From: an uncultured Pelagibacteraceae bacterium
GTDB taxonomy: Bacteria; Pseudomonadota; Alphaproteobacteria; Pelagibacterales; Pelagibacteraceae
Assembly: GCA_902528545.1 (NCBI GenBank)
Contig: CABZTB010000003.1
Coordinates: 47,433 to 79,432, forward strand
Length of the DNA stretch: 32,000 bases
Reading direction: 5' to 3'
Of the stretch, positions 7,427 through 16,600 are shown in pieces. Below the pieces are notes generated by a model. It did no database searches and was not told the DNA's origin. It saw nothing but the letters and a program-made list of their open reading frames with translations. Both the position numbers and the translations under genes were made by a program. How positions within the stretch are numbered: position 1 is the first letter of the stretch; the number at the start of each line of letters is the position of its first letter.

Positions 7427-7546
7427 GAGATAAAATAAAAAAATTTTACTTATTCCTCTTGTTCAATTATAAATATTGGCATAAACACTCATGAAAATAA
7501 CTCATGCCCTCGTGGTGAAATTGGTAGACACAAAGGACTTAAAATC
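7427..7546 (+). repeat. Right copy of the tRNA-Leu promoter/5'-half duplication (candidate attR side)
   Basis: Near-identical to 3383-3501. Confidence 0.9.
7446..7474 (+). promoter_or_regulatory. Promoter of tRNA-Leu (TTTACT - 17 nt - TATAAA)
   Basis: Sigma70-like boxes with 17-nt spacing, ~33 nt upstream of the tRNA 5' end. Confidence 0.55.
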
Positions 7547-7592
7547 CTTGCCGCTTGCGGAGTGCCAGTTCGAGTCTGGCCGAGGGCACCAC
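7507..7592 (+). tRNA. tRNA-Leu(UAA), CCA encoded
   Basis: Acceptor GCCCTCG/CGAGGGC, anticodon loop CTTAAAA, long variable arm, GCCAG-TTCGAGT-CTGGC T-arm, ACCA end. Confidence 0.97.
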
Positions 7593-7595
7593 TAA

Positions 7596-8366
7596 ATGAA
7601 TAGGGTTCAAATCATATCTGATAAAAATCAAAAATCTTTAAAGATTAAATCACTAATTCAAAAAAAAATTAAACAGAATAATATAAAACGATCCAATATT
7701 ACGATTGTCATTGGTGGCGATGGTTTCATGCTGCAAACACTTAAAAAGAATAGAAAATCTAAAAAGTTTTTTTATGGTGTAAATTCTGGGAGTTATGGAT
7801 TTTTGATGAACAAATTTTCATCAAAAAATATCATAAGTAATTTACACAAAGCAAGAATGATAACCATCTCTCCACTAGAGATGGTAGTTAAAAATAATAA
7901 GAATCAATCAAAAAAACATATAGCTATAAATGAAGTTTCAATTTTAAGACAAAGTAGGCAAGCTGCTTCTTTATCTATTTATCATGGTTCTAAACAGATT
8001 ATAAAAAAACTTGTCTCTGATGGTGTACTGGTTTCCACACCTGCTGGAAGTACTGCTTATAATTTATCAGTTCACGGACCTATATTAAGTTTGAATTCAA
8101 AAAGATTATCCATATCTCCAATAAGTCCATTTAGACCAAGAAGATGGAAGGGTAAAATTGTAACTGACAAATCTAAAATAAATATCAAGAACTTAAATTC
8201 AAAAAAAAGACCAATTTCTGCTGTTGCTGACAATATTGAGGTAAGGAATGCAAAAAAAATTACGGTAAAAACTAATCAAAAAATTAAATTTAATCTTCTT
8301 TACGATAGAAACAGAAGTTTGCAAAAGAAAATCAAAATAGAACAATTAAGAAAAGAAACATCTTGA
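7596..8366 (+). CDS. nadK: NAD kinase
   Basis: 256 aa with GGDGFMLQTLKK, GVNSGSYGFLMN, TPAGSTAYNLSVHGPIL and PISPFRPRRW motifs. Confidence 0.9.
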   Translation: MNRVQIISDKNQKSLKIKSLIQKKIKQNNIKRSNITIVIGGDGFMLQTLKKNRKSKKFFYGVNSGSYGFLMNKFSSKNIISNLHKARMITISPLEMVVKNNKNQSKKHIAINEVSILRQSRQAASLSIYHGSKQIIKKLVSDGVLVSTPAGSTAYNLSVHGPILSLNSKRLSISPISPFRPRRWKGKIVTDKSKINIKNLNSKKRPISAVADNIEVRNAKKITVKTNQKIKFNLLYDRNRSLQKKIKIEQLRKETS

Positions 8367-8443
8367 TGGTGCCCCCGCACGGATTCGAACCGCGGACCTA
8401 TTGATTACAAATCAATTGCTCTACCAGCTGAGCTACAAGGGCA
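8367..8443 (-). tRNA. tRNA-Thr(UGU)
   Basis: Reverse complement GCCCTTGTAGCTCAGCTGGTAGAGCAATTGATTTGTAATCAATAGGTCCGCGGTTCGAATCCGTGCGGGGGCACCA; anticodon TGT. Confidence 0.96.
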
Positions 8444-8471
8444 TGCGCAATAATTATTAATTATTCATTAA

Positions 8472-9218
8472 TTAATCAACTCTTTTTTTTAGATAACTTA
8501 AATGATGAAATACAATTGCTGCACTATTTGATACATTTAGGCTTTCAATTTTTTGATTTATCTTAATCTTAATTAAAAAATCTGCATATTTGGATGTATG
8601 TTTATGCATTCCTGATCCTTCAGATCCAAATAACAATATATTATTTCCTTTCCACTCGATTTCAGTAAAGTCTTTTTTTCCATTACCGTCAAAACCATAT
8701 ACCCAAAAATTTTTTTCTTTTAGATTTTTAAGTGTTGAATTGATATTAGAAACCTCAAAAATATTAATATATTCTATTGCACCACTTGCTGCTTTATACA
8801 TAAGTTTACTTTCGCTAGGAAAGTTTCTTTCTTTAATAATCACTCCATCTATATTAAAAGAGGCAGCACTTCTGATCAAAGATCCTATATTTCTTGGATC
8901 AGTTACACCATCAAGACAAACTAATGTTATGTTATCTCTATCTTTAATGTATTCTTTGAGAATAGGTTTAATCATATGCTCAACTTCTGCAACATAACCT
9001 TGATGCTGTAAATTTTCTCTGGTGCTATACTTATCTAGCTCTTTTTTCGTCTTAAAGTAAACTTTGATATCTTTTAACAAGTTTTTATTAGGATTTTTTT
9101 TATGAATATTCTTCTTACTTTCTTCAGTTAAAAATACCCTTAAAACTTTTCTTTTAGGATTACGTAGGGCCTCAATTACAGCATGTTGTCCAATGATAAA
9201 AAAAGATGATTTGTTCAT
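8472..9218 (-). CDS. rlmB: 23S rRNA (guanosine-2'-O)-methyltransferase, TrmH/RlmB family
   Basis: SpoU signature motifs: LDGVTDPRNIGSLIRSAASFNIDGVI, NILLFGSEGSGM, SLNVSNSAAIVFH. Confidence 0.88.
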   Translation of the reverse strand: MNKSSFFIIGQHAVIEALRNPKRKVLRVFLTEESKKNIHKKNPNKNLLKDIKVYFKTKKELDKYSTRENLQHQGYVAEVEHMIKPILKEYIKDRDNITLVCLDGVTDPRNIGSLIRSAASFNIDGVIIKERNFPSESKLMYKAASGAIEYINIFEVSNINSTLKNLKEKNFWVYGFDGNGKKDFTEIEWKGNNILLFGSEGSGMHKHTSKYADFLIKIKINQKIESLNVSNSAAIVFHHLSYLKKRVD

Positions 9219-9348
9219 AAAATTACCTTTGTTTTACACGTTTTTTCAAATATTTTCCTATTAAATCACGTGTTGCATTTGGACAAATAAAATATATAAA
9301 ACGCTTGTTGTTTGAAGCTTTATTGAACAAGGGGACACTTCCCCTAAG

Positions 9349-9434
9349 GGAGGGGTTCCAGAGCGGTCAAATGGGGCGGGCTGTAAACCCGTTGACTTCG
9401 GTCTTCGAAAGTTCGAATCTTTCCCCCTCCACCA
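9349..9434 (+). tRNA. tRNA-Tyr(GUA)
   Basis: GGAGGGG/CCCCTCC acceptor, CTGTAAA anticodon loop, long variable arm, ACCA. Confidence 0.96.
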
Positions 9435-9478
9435 TTCAATAGTTTTAAGCAATACTGGAGTGTTACTCTTGGGGTTGT

Positions 9479-9552
9479 GCGGGTGTAGTTCAATGGTAGA
9501 ACGCTAGCCTTCCAAGCTGGATGTAAGGGTTCGATTCCCTTTACCCGCTCCA
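9479..9552 (+). tRNA. tRNA-Gly(UCC)
   Basis: GCGGGTG acceptor, anticodon loop CTTCCAA, T-arm GGGTTCGATTCCC, CCA. Confidence 0.95.
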
Positions 9553-9595
9553 AGAAAAATAGTTTATTAAAAAATAAAAGTGAGGAATATAAGTA

Positions 9596-10786
9596 ATGTC
9601 AAAAGAAAAATTTGTTAGAAATAAACCGCATTGTAACATCGGAACAATCGGTCACGTCGATCATGGTAAAACAACTTTAACTGCTGCGATCACTAAAGTT
9701 TTATCTGAAACTGGTGGTGCTCAGGCTGTAGCATATGATCAAATTGATAAAGCGCCAGAGGAGAAAGAAAGAGGGATTACAATTTCAACAGCACACGTTG
9801 AATATGAAACTGAAAAAAGACACTATGCGCACGTAGATTGTCCAGGTCACGCTGACTATGTGAAGAATATGATTACAGGTGCAGCACAAATGGATGGTGC
9901 GATTTTAGTTGTTAACGCTGCTGATGGTCCTATGCCTCAAACAAGAGAGCATATTCTATTAGCAAGACAAGTTGGTGTTCCTGCTATCTGTGTTTATTTA
10001 AATAAAGTTGATCAGGTTGATGATAAAGAAATGATTGATCTTGTCGAAGAGGAGATTAAAGAATTATTAACTTCGTATAAATTTCCAGGTGACAAAACTC
10101 CAATCGCTAAAGGTTCTGCACTTGCAGCAGTTGAAGGTAGAGATGATGAAATTGGAAAAAATTCAATTCTAGAGTTGATGAAGAATGTTGATGAATTTAT
10201 TCCACAACCAGATAGACCAAAAGATAAAGATTTCTTGATGCCAGTAGAGGATGTTTTCTCAATCTCAGGAAGAGGTACAGTTGCAACTGGAAGAGTTGAG
10301 TCAGGTATACTTAAAACTGGTGATGAGCTTGAGATAGTAGGTATTAGAGAAACTAAAAAATCTGTCTGTACTGGTGTTGAAATGTTCAGAAAACTTTTAG
10401 ACTCTGGTGAAGCTGGTGATAACGTTGGTGTACTTTTAAGAGGTGTAGAAAGAACTGATATTGAAAGAGGACAAGTTCTTTGTAAACCAGGTTCTGTTAC
10501 ACCACATACTAAATTTGAAGCTCAAGCTTATGTATTAAAAAAAGAGGAAGGTGGAAGACATACGCCTTTTTTTACAAAGTACAGACCTCAATTCTATTTC
10601 AGAACTACAGATGTAACTGGAGAAGTAGAGTTACCGGCTGGTACCGAAATGGTTATGCCTGGTGATGACGCTAAATTTACAGTTAAATTAATTACGCCAA
10701 TCGCGATGTCAGAGAAATTAAACTTTGCTATTCGTGAAGGTGGAAGAACTGTCGGAGCTGGAGTAGTAACTAAAATTATAGAGTAA
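9596..10786 (+). CDS. tuf: Elongation factor Tu
   Basis: [20 protein letters not shown] and the full-length EF-Tu sequence. Confidence 0.99.
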   Translation: MSKEKFVRNKPHCNIGTIGHVDHGKTTLTAAITKVLSETGGAQAVAYDQIDKAPEEKERGITISTAHVEYETEKRHYAHVDCPGHADYVKNMITGAAQMDGAILVVNAADGPMPQTREHILLARQVGVPAICVYLNKVDQVDDKEMIDLVEEEIKELLTSYKFPGDKTPIAKGSALAAVEGRDDEIGKNSILELMKNVDEFIPQPDRPKDKDFLMPVEDVFSISGRGTVATGRVESGILKTGDELEIVGIRETKKSVCTGVEMFRKLLDSGEAGDNVGVLLRGVERTDIERGQVLCKPGSVTPHTKFEAQAYVLKKEEGGRHTPFFTKYRPQFYFRTTDVTGEVELPAGTEMVMPGDDAKFTVKLITPIAMSEKLNFAIREGGRTVGAGVVTKIIE

Positions 10787-10795
10787 ACTCTATAT

Positions 10796-10871
10796 AGGAG
10801 TGTAGCTCAATTGGTAGAGCGCCGGTCTCCAAAACCGGAGGCTGAGGGTTCGAGTCCCTCCGCTCCTGCCA
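10796..10871 (+). tRNA. tRNA-Trp(CCA)
   Basis: AGGAGTG...CGCTCCT acceptor, anticodon loop CTCCAAA, GCCA end. Confidence 0.96.
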
Positions 10872-10888
10872 ATATAAAATGAATAAAT

Positions 10889-11080
10889 ATGAAGAACCCG
10901 ATAAAATTTATACAGGAAGTAAAACAGGAAGCATTTAAAGTTTCTTGGCCCACAGGAAAAGAAACACTTCAAGGTGCATTAATGGTTTTTGCAATGGCAG
11001 TAGTTATGTCGTTGTTTTTTCTTTTATTAGATCAGGTTTTAAAATTTTTCTTAGAGTTATTACTTAAGGTGAGTATTTAA
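10889..11080 (+). CDS. secE: Preprotein translocase subunit SecE
   Basis: 63 aa, FIQEVKQEAFKVSWPTGKE...; position between tRNA-Trp and nusG. Confidence 0.93.
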   Translation: MKNPIKFIQEVKQEAFKVSWPTGKETLQGALMVFAMAVVMSLFFLLLDQVLKFFLELLLKVSI

Positions 11081-11610
11081 TGAAAAATTGGTATATAGTT
11101 CAATCTCATTCTAGTTTTGAAAATAAAGTCGCGGGACTGATTAAAGAAGAAGCTGATAAAGCTAAAATCTCAGAAAAATTTGAGGAAATTATTGTTCCAA
11201 CTCATGATGTAACTGAGGTTAAAAGAGGCAAAAGAATACAGAGAAAAAAAAAATATTTTCCAGGCTATGTTCTAATTAAGAGTGAGATGGATAATGATAT
11301 TTACCATATGATAAAAAATATAAAACGTGTCAGTGGTTTCCTGGGAACAAAGGGTATGCCTGTTCCAGTATCAGACAAAGAAATTGATAAAATTTTAGGT
11401 CAGATAAAAGACGGAGTTGCCCAACCAAAATCAGCAATAGAGTATACAGTTGGTGAAAAAGTACAGGTAATTGATGGACCTTTTGCTTCATTTAGTGGAA
11501 TGGTTGAGGAAATTGATGAAGAAAAGTCTAGACTTAAGGTGTCAGTTTCTATATTTGGAAGACCAACACCAGTTGATTTAGAATATAATCAAGTGGAAAA
11601 AGTAAGTTAG
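11080..11610 (+). CDS. nusG: Transcription termination/antitermination protein NusG
   Basis: [15 protein letters not shown]..., [29 protein letters not shown] (KOW). Confidence 0.97.
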   Translation: MKNWYIVQSHSSFENKVAGLIKEEADKAKISEKFEEIIVPTHDVTEVKRGKRIQRKKKYFPGYVLIKSEMDNDIYHMIKNIKRVSGFLGTKGMPVPVSDKEIDKILGQIKDGVAQPKSAIEYTVGEKVQVIDGPFASFSGMVEEIDEEKSRLKVSVSIFGRPTPVDLEYNQVEKVS

Positions 11611-11614
11611 AATT

Positions 11615-12046
11615 ATGGCGGCTAAAAAAGAAATAAGTGGTTTTATAAAATTACAAATTAAAGGTGGACAAGCAAATCCTGCTCCACCGGTTGGACCTGC
11701 ATTAGGGCAAAGAGGGGTAAACATCATGGAATTTTGTAAAGCTTTTAATGATAAAACTAAAAAGTTAGCTGGTAAACCTGTGCCAGTCGAAATTACTGTT
11801 TATAAAGATAAAAAATTTGATTTTAAAATCAAATCACCACCAGCATCTTTCTTTATAAGAGAAGCAGCAAAGTTAAAGAGTGGATCCCAAGAACCTGGCA
11901 GAAATATTGTTGCATCAATAACAAAAAAACAAGCTGAGGAAATTGCTAAACAAAAAATGGAGGATTTGAATGCACTCGATTTGGATCAAGCGGTCAAAAT
12001 AATTGCTGGGTCTGCAAGATCTATGGGTATCGAGGTCAAAGATTAA
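11615..12046 (+). CDS. rplK: 50S ribosomal protein L11
   Basis: [32 protein letters not shown]. Confidence 0.98.
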   Translation: MAAKKEISGFIKLQIKGGQANPAPPVGPALGQRGVNIMEFCKAFNDKTKKLAGKPVPVEITVYKDKKFDFKIKSPPASFFIREAAKLKSGSQEPGRNIVASITKKQAEEIAKQKMEDLNALDLDQAVKIIAGSARSMGIEVKD

Positions 12047-12048
12047 TT

Positions 12049-12738
12049 ATGTCTTCAAAAAGATTTAAAAAACTTCCTGAAAAAACTTTAGAACTTCCAT
12101 CTGAAATGATTGAAAAATTAATACCAGTAATTAAAAAAAATTGCACTACTAAATTCGATGAGTCAGTTGATTTAAGTTTTCAGATAAACAATAAACAAAA
12201 AAAAAGTGAGATAAATATAAGGACTGTAGTAAATCTTCCTGGTGGAACTGGAAAAAAAATTAAAGTTGCTGTGGTATGTGAGGATACAAAATTTGATGAA
12301 GCGAAAAGTGCTGGTGCAGATATTGTAGGTGGTGATGAATTTATTGAAAAAATTAAAAATGGAGAAATGAATTTTGAAAAATTAATTTGTACTCCATCTA
12401 TGATGATTAAATTGTCGAAATTAGGGAAGGTATTGGGACCAAAAGGTTTAATGCCAAACCCTAAACTTGGAACAGTGACTGAAAATTTAAAAACAGCAAT
12501 TTTAGATGCAAAATCTGGTCAAGCAGAAATTAGAAATGATAAAGATGGTAATATTGGTGTGAGTATAGGAAAAAAATCTTTTACTGATGATAAGTTAATT
12601 AAAAATTTTAATGCTGTTATAGATACACTTGAAAAGGAAAAATCAAATAATACAATAAAAGGAGATTTAATTAGATCTGCATTTTTAACATCAACAATGG
12701 GTGTTTCTTACAAAATAAAATTAGGTAAAAATATTTAA
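12049..12738 (+). CDS. rplA: 50S ribosomal protein L1
   Basis: GPKGLMPNPKLGTVT motif and operon position. Confidence 0.97.
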   Translation: MSSKRFKKLPEKTLELPSEMIEKLIPVIKKNCTTKFDESVDLSFQINNKQKKSEINIRTVVNLPGGTGKKIKVAVVCEDTKFDEAKSAGADIVGGDEFIEKIKNGEMNFEKLICTPSMMIKLSKLGKVLGPKGLMPNPKLGTVTENLKTAILDAKSGQAEIRNDKDGNIGVSIGKKSFTDDKLIKNFNAVIDTLEKEKSNNTIKGDLIRSAFLTSTMGVSYKIKLGKNI

Positions 12739-12741
12739 GTT

Positions 12742-13263
12742 ATGATGAATAAAGAACAAAAGAAAAATTATATTGCGGAAATGACAACGCAATTTGAAAA
12801 TAGTAAGGCGGTAATGGTTACTCATTACCAAGGTTTGACCATGACTCAATTAGACGAGTTAAGATCAAAAATGAGAGAACATGGAATAATTTTCAAAATT
12901 ACAAAAAACAGAATTACAAAATTAGCATTAGAAAAAACTAAGTGTAAAGATTTATCAAATTTATTTACTGGCCCAACAGCAGTTGCATTTGGGGAAGATG
13001 CAATTATGTCAGCTCGAATTTTATCTAAGTTTGCAAAAGATAATGAGAATCTTAAGTTGATTGGTGGGATGATGGAAAATGAAATTCTTGATCAAGCTGG
13101 AGTAATGAATGTCGCAAATTTACCTACTTTAGACGAAGCAAGGGCTAATATTGTGGGTATTTTGAATGCATCTGCATCAAAATTAGTGAGTATTTTGCTT
13201 GCACGATCGGAAAAAATGAGTAGTTTACCCCCAGAAAATTCTGAAACACAACCTAAAGAGTAA
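12742..13263 (+). CDS. rplJ: 50S ribosomal protein L10
   Basis: VTHYQGLTMTQLDELRSKMRE...; between rplA and rplL. Confidence 0.96.
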   Translation: MMNKEQKKNYIAEMTTQFENSKAVMVTHYQGLTMTQLDELRSKMREHGIIFKITKNRITKLALEKTKCKDLSNLFTGPTAVAFGEDAIMSARILSKFAKDNENLKLIGGMMENEILDQAGVMNVANLPTLDEARANIVGILNASASKLVSILLARSEKMSSLPPENSETQPKE

Positions 13264-13266
13264 ATT

Positions 13267-13632
13267 ATGCCAGATCTAAATAAAATTATAGAGGACTTAT
13301 CAAGTTTAACTGTTGCTGAAGCAGCAGATCTTTCAAAACAATTAGAGGAAAAATGGGGTGTTACGCCAATGGCGGCGGCAGCTCCAGCAGCAGCAGGAGC
13401 AGCTGCAGCAGCGGAAGACAAAGATGACTTTTCAATCATGCTTGTTTCTGCAGGCGATAAAAAAATTAATGTAATTAAAGAAGTAAGAGCAGCAACTTCT
13501 CTTGGTCTAAAAGAAGCAAAAGACTTAGTTGAAGGCGCACCTAAAGAAGTAAAAGCTGGTGTTCCAAAAAAAGAGGCAGAAGAAATTAAAGCTAAGTTAG
13601 AAGCTGCAGGGGCAAAAGTAGAACTTAAATAA
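13267..13632 (+). CDS. rplL: 50S ribosomal protein L7/L12
   Basis: Alanine-rich hinge and [42 protein letters not shown]. Confidence 0.98.
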   Translation: MPDLNKIIEDLSSLTVAEAADLSKQLEEKWGVTPMAAAAPAAAGAAAAAEDKDDFSIMLVSAGDKKINVIKEVRAATSLGLKEAKDLVEGAPKEVKAGVPKKEAEEIKAKLEAAGAKVELK

Positions 13633-13650
13633 ATTAACAGGAAATTTTTA

Positions 13651-13680
13651 AGTACTGATTAATTAGATTTAATCAGTATT
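13651..13680 (+). promoter_or_regulatory. Strong inverted repeat/hairpin in the rplL-rpoB spacer
   Basis: TACTGATTAA (13653-13662) and TTAATCAGTA (13669-13678) with a 6-nt loop; extended by outer G-T and A-T pairs; no following T-run. Confidence 0.7.
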
Positions 13681-13689
13681 AAGACATAG

Positions 13690-16600
13690 ATGCAAATATC
13701 TTTTACTGAAAAGAAAAATATTAGAAAGAGTTTCGGAAAACTAAAAGAAAGTTTATCCATACCCAATCTAATAGAAGTTCAAAAAAATTCCTACGATGAA
13801 TTAACATTTTTTAACCCAGAGGCAGGTGATTTAACTAAAGGATTTGACAGAGTATTTAAAAGTATTTTTCCTATTGAAGATCTAAATGATAAAGCAACTT
13901 TAGAATATGTATCTTACAGACTTGAAAAACCAAAATTTGATGTAGAAGAATGTATTGCTAGAGGCTTAACTTACTCCTCTGCTTTAAAATGCACATTGAG
14001 ACTAGTTGTTTATGAAATAAATCAAGAAACCAACACTAAAGATATTTTGTCAGCAAAAGAGCAAGAGGTTTATATGGGTGAAGTACCTATGATGACTAAT
14101 AGCGGTACATTCATTACAAATGGTGTTCAAAGGGTTGTTGTAAATCAAATGCATAGAAGTCCAGGAGTTTTTTTTGATCATGACAAAGGTAAAACCCATG
14201 CAAGTGGTAAACTTTTGTTTAATTGTAGAGTAATACCAAATCGAGGATCTTGGTTAGATTTTGAATATGATGTAAAAGATTTTTTATATTTTAAGATTGA
14301 TAGGAAGAAAAAAATTCTTGCATCTACTTTATTGCTTGCTCTTGGTTATTCAAAGAGCGAAGTAGTAAATGAATTTTATGAGTCAGAAAAATATACTTTC
14401 GATACAAAATCAGAAAAGTGGAAAACAAAATTCAATCCTGAAAATTATAAAGCTAAAAACTTTTCTGAGGAAGTTGTTGATGCTAAATCAGGAAAGGTTG
14501 TAATCAAATTAGGGGAAAAAATAAATTATTTAAACGCGAAAAAATTATCTAATGATGGATTAAAAGATATTCTAGTTGCTAAAGAATCATTATTCGGAAA
14601 GTTTTTACATAAAGATATTAAATTAAATGATCAAGAGGATGGATTATTAAAAATTGGTACTGAGTTAAATGAGACAATCATTCAACAAATTTTAGATGCA
14701 AATATTACAAGTCTAGATATTTCTGTAACAAATTCTATAAACAAAGGTCCTTATTTACTCACTACAATCCTGAATGACAAAAATAATACTAAAGATGAGG
14801 CAATTACTGAAATTTATAAGATGTTAAGACCTGGTGAGCCTCCAACAATTGAAATAGCAACTCAAATTTTTAATAATTTATTCTTTAGTTCAGACCGATA
14901 TGACTTGTCTGACGTTGGAAGAGTTAAAATGAATTCTAGATTAGATTTAGAATGCTCAGATAAAATTACAATATTAAGAAATGATGATATTTTAGCAATA
15001 ATTCGTAAAATGTTGGACTTAAGGGATGGTAAAGATGATGTTGATGACATTGACCATCTTGGAAATAGAAGAGTTAGATCTGTAGGTGAATTAGTTGAAA
15101 ATCAAGCTCGTATTGGTGTTTATAGAATGGAAAGAGCTATTAAAGAAAAAATGACCACTTTAGATATCGAGTCAGCAATGCCGCAAGATTTGATAAATGC
15201 AAAACCACTCACAATTTCACTAAAAGATTTTTTTGCAAGTTCTCAACTTTCTCAATTTATGGATCAAACAAACCCACTTTCAGAAATTACTCATAAAAGA
15301 AGAGTTTCTGCTTTAGGCCCTGGTGGACTAACAAGGGAGAGAGCAGGGTTTGAGGTTAGAGACGTGCATCCAACACATTATGGAAGAATCTGTCCTATTG
15401 AGACTCCAGAAGGTCCAAATATTGGTTTAATCAATAGTTTATCTACTTATGCAAAAATTAATAAATATGGTTTTATTGAAAGTCCTTACAAGAGAGTAAA
15501 AGAAGGTGTTGTCCAAGATAAAGTAGAATATTTATCAGCAATGGAGGAGACAAAATTTACCATAGCTCAAGCAAATACTAAAATCGATAAAAATGGTAAA
15601 ATAGTGGAGGAATTAGTTTCTTGTAGACAAAACTTAAATTTCCTTTTAGCAAAACCTGAAACGATAGATTATATTGATGTATCACCTAAACAATTGGTTT
15701 CGGTGGCAGCTTCATTGATACCTTTCCTAGAGAATGATGATGCGAACAGAGCATTAATGGGTTCTAACATGATGAGACAAGCAGTTCCGTTACTAAAACC
15801 TGAGGCACCTTTGGTTGGTACTGGAATAGAAAGTGATGTTGCATTAGATTCAGGAGTTACAATTGTTGCTAAAAGAGACGGCGTAGTAGATAAAATTGAT
15901 GGTAAAAGAATTGTAATTAAAGTTACAGAGGAAACTGATTTCTCAAAATCTGGTGTTGATATTTACAATTTACAAAAATTTAAAAGATCTAACCAAAACA
16001 CGTGTATAAACCAAAGACCTTTAGTTAGAGTGGGGGATAAGGTAAAAACTGGTGATATCATTGCTGATGGTCCTTCTACAAAATTAGGTGAGTTAGCTCT
16101 AGGAAAAAATGTTACTGTAGCATTTATGCCTTGGCAAGGATACAATTTTGAGGACTCTATTTTAATTTCAGAAAGATGTGTAACTGATGATGTATTTACT
16201 TCAGTACATATTGTTGAGTATGAGATTATGGCAAGAGACACAAAACTTGGTGAAGAAGAAATTACAAGAGATATACCCAATGTTAATGAAGAAGCTTTAA
16301 AAAATTTAGATGAATCAGGAATAGTATACATTGGCGCAGAAGTAAACGCGGGTGATATATTAGTAGGAAAAGTAACTCCTAAAGGAGATTCAGCATCTGG
16401 TCCTGAAGAAAAGTTATTGAGATCAATTTTTGGAGAGAAAGCAATTGATGTAACGGATACATCTTTAAGGATGTCTAGAGGAAGCAGTGGTACCGTAGTT
16501 GATGTGAGAGTGTTTAACAGACATGGAATAGAAAAAGATGAGAGATCTATCACAATTGAAAGAGCTGAAATTGATCAAGTTCAACAAGACAAAATTGTTG

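Larger units (their letters stand above)
3502..7546. mobile_element. Candidate ~4,045-bp integrase-less tRNA-Leu-targeting element (element 2)
   Basis: Bounded by a direct duplication of the tRNA 5' half. Internal terminal paired repeats (3625-3644 and 7402-7421) are identical to each other and lie ~130 nt from either core. No recombinase ORF is present. Confidence 0.75.

Noticed and set aside
9261-9553. Short minus-strand ORFs across tRNA-Tyr/tRNA-Gly (9261-9452, 9344-9553) and 10790-10972 over tRNA-Trp
   Set aside because: Translations such as MERVKGIEPLHPAWKASVLPLNYTR are well-known false ORFs from antisense tRNA genes.
13092-13439. Antisense ORF over rplJ-rplL with an alanine-rich stretch
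   Set aside because: Complement of the rplL alanine hinge codons; no independent evidence of coding.
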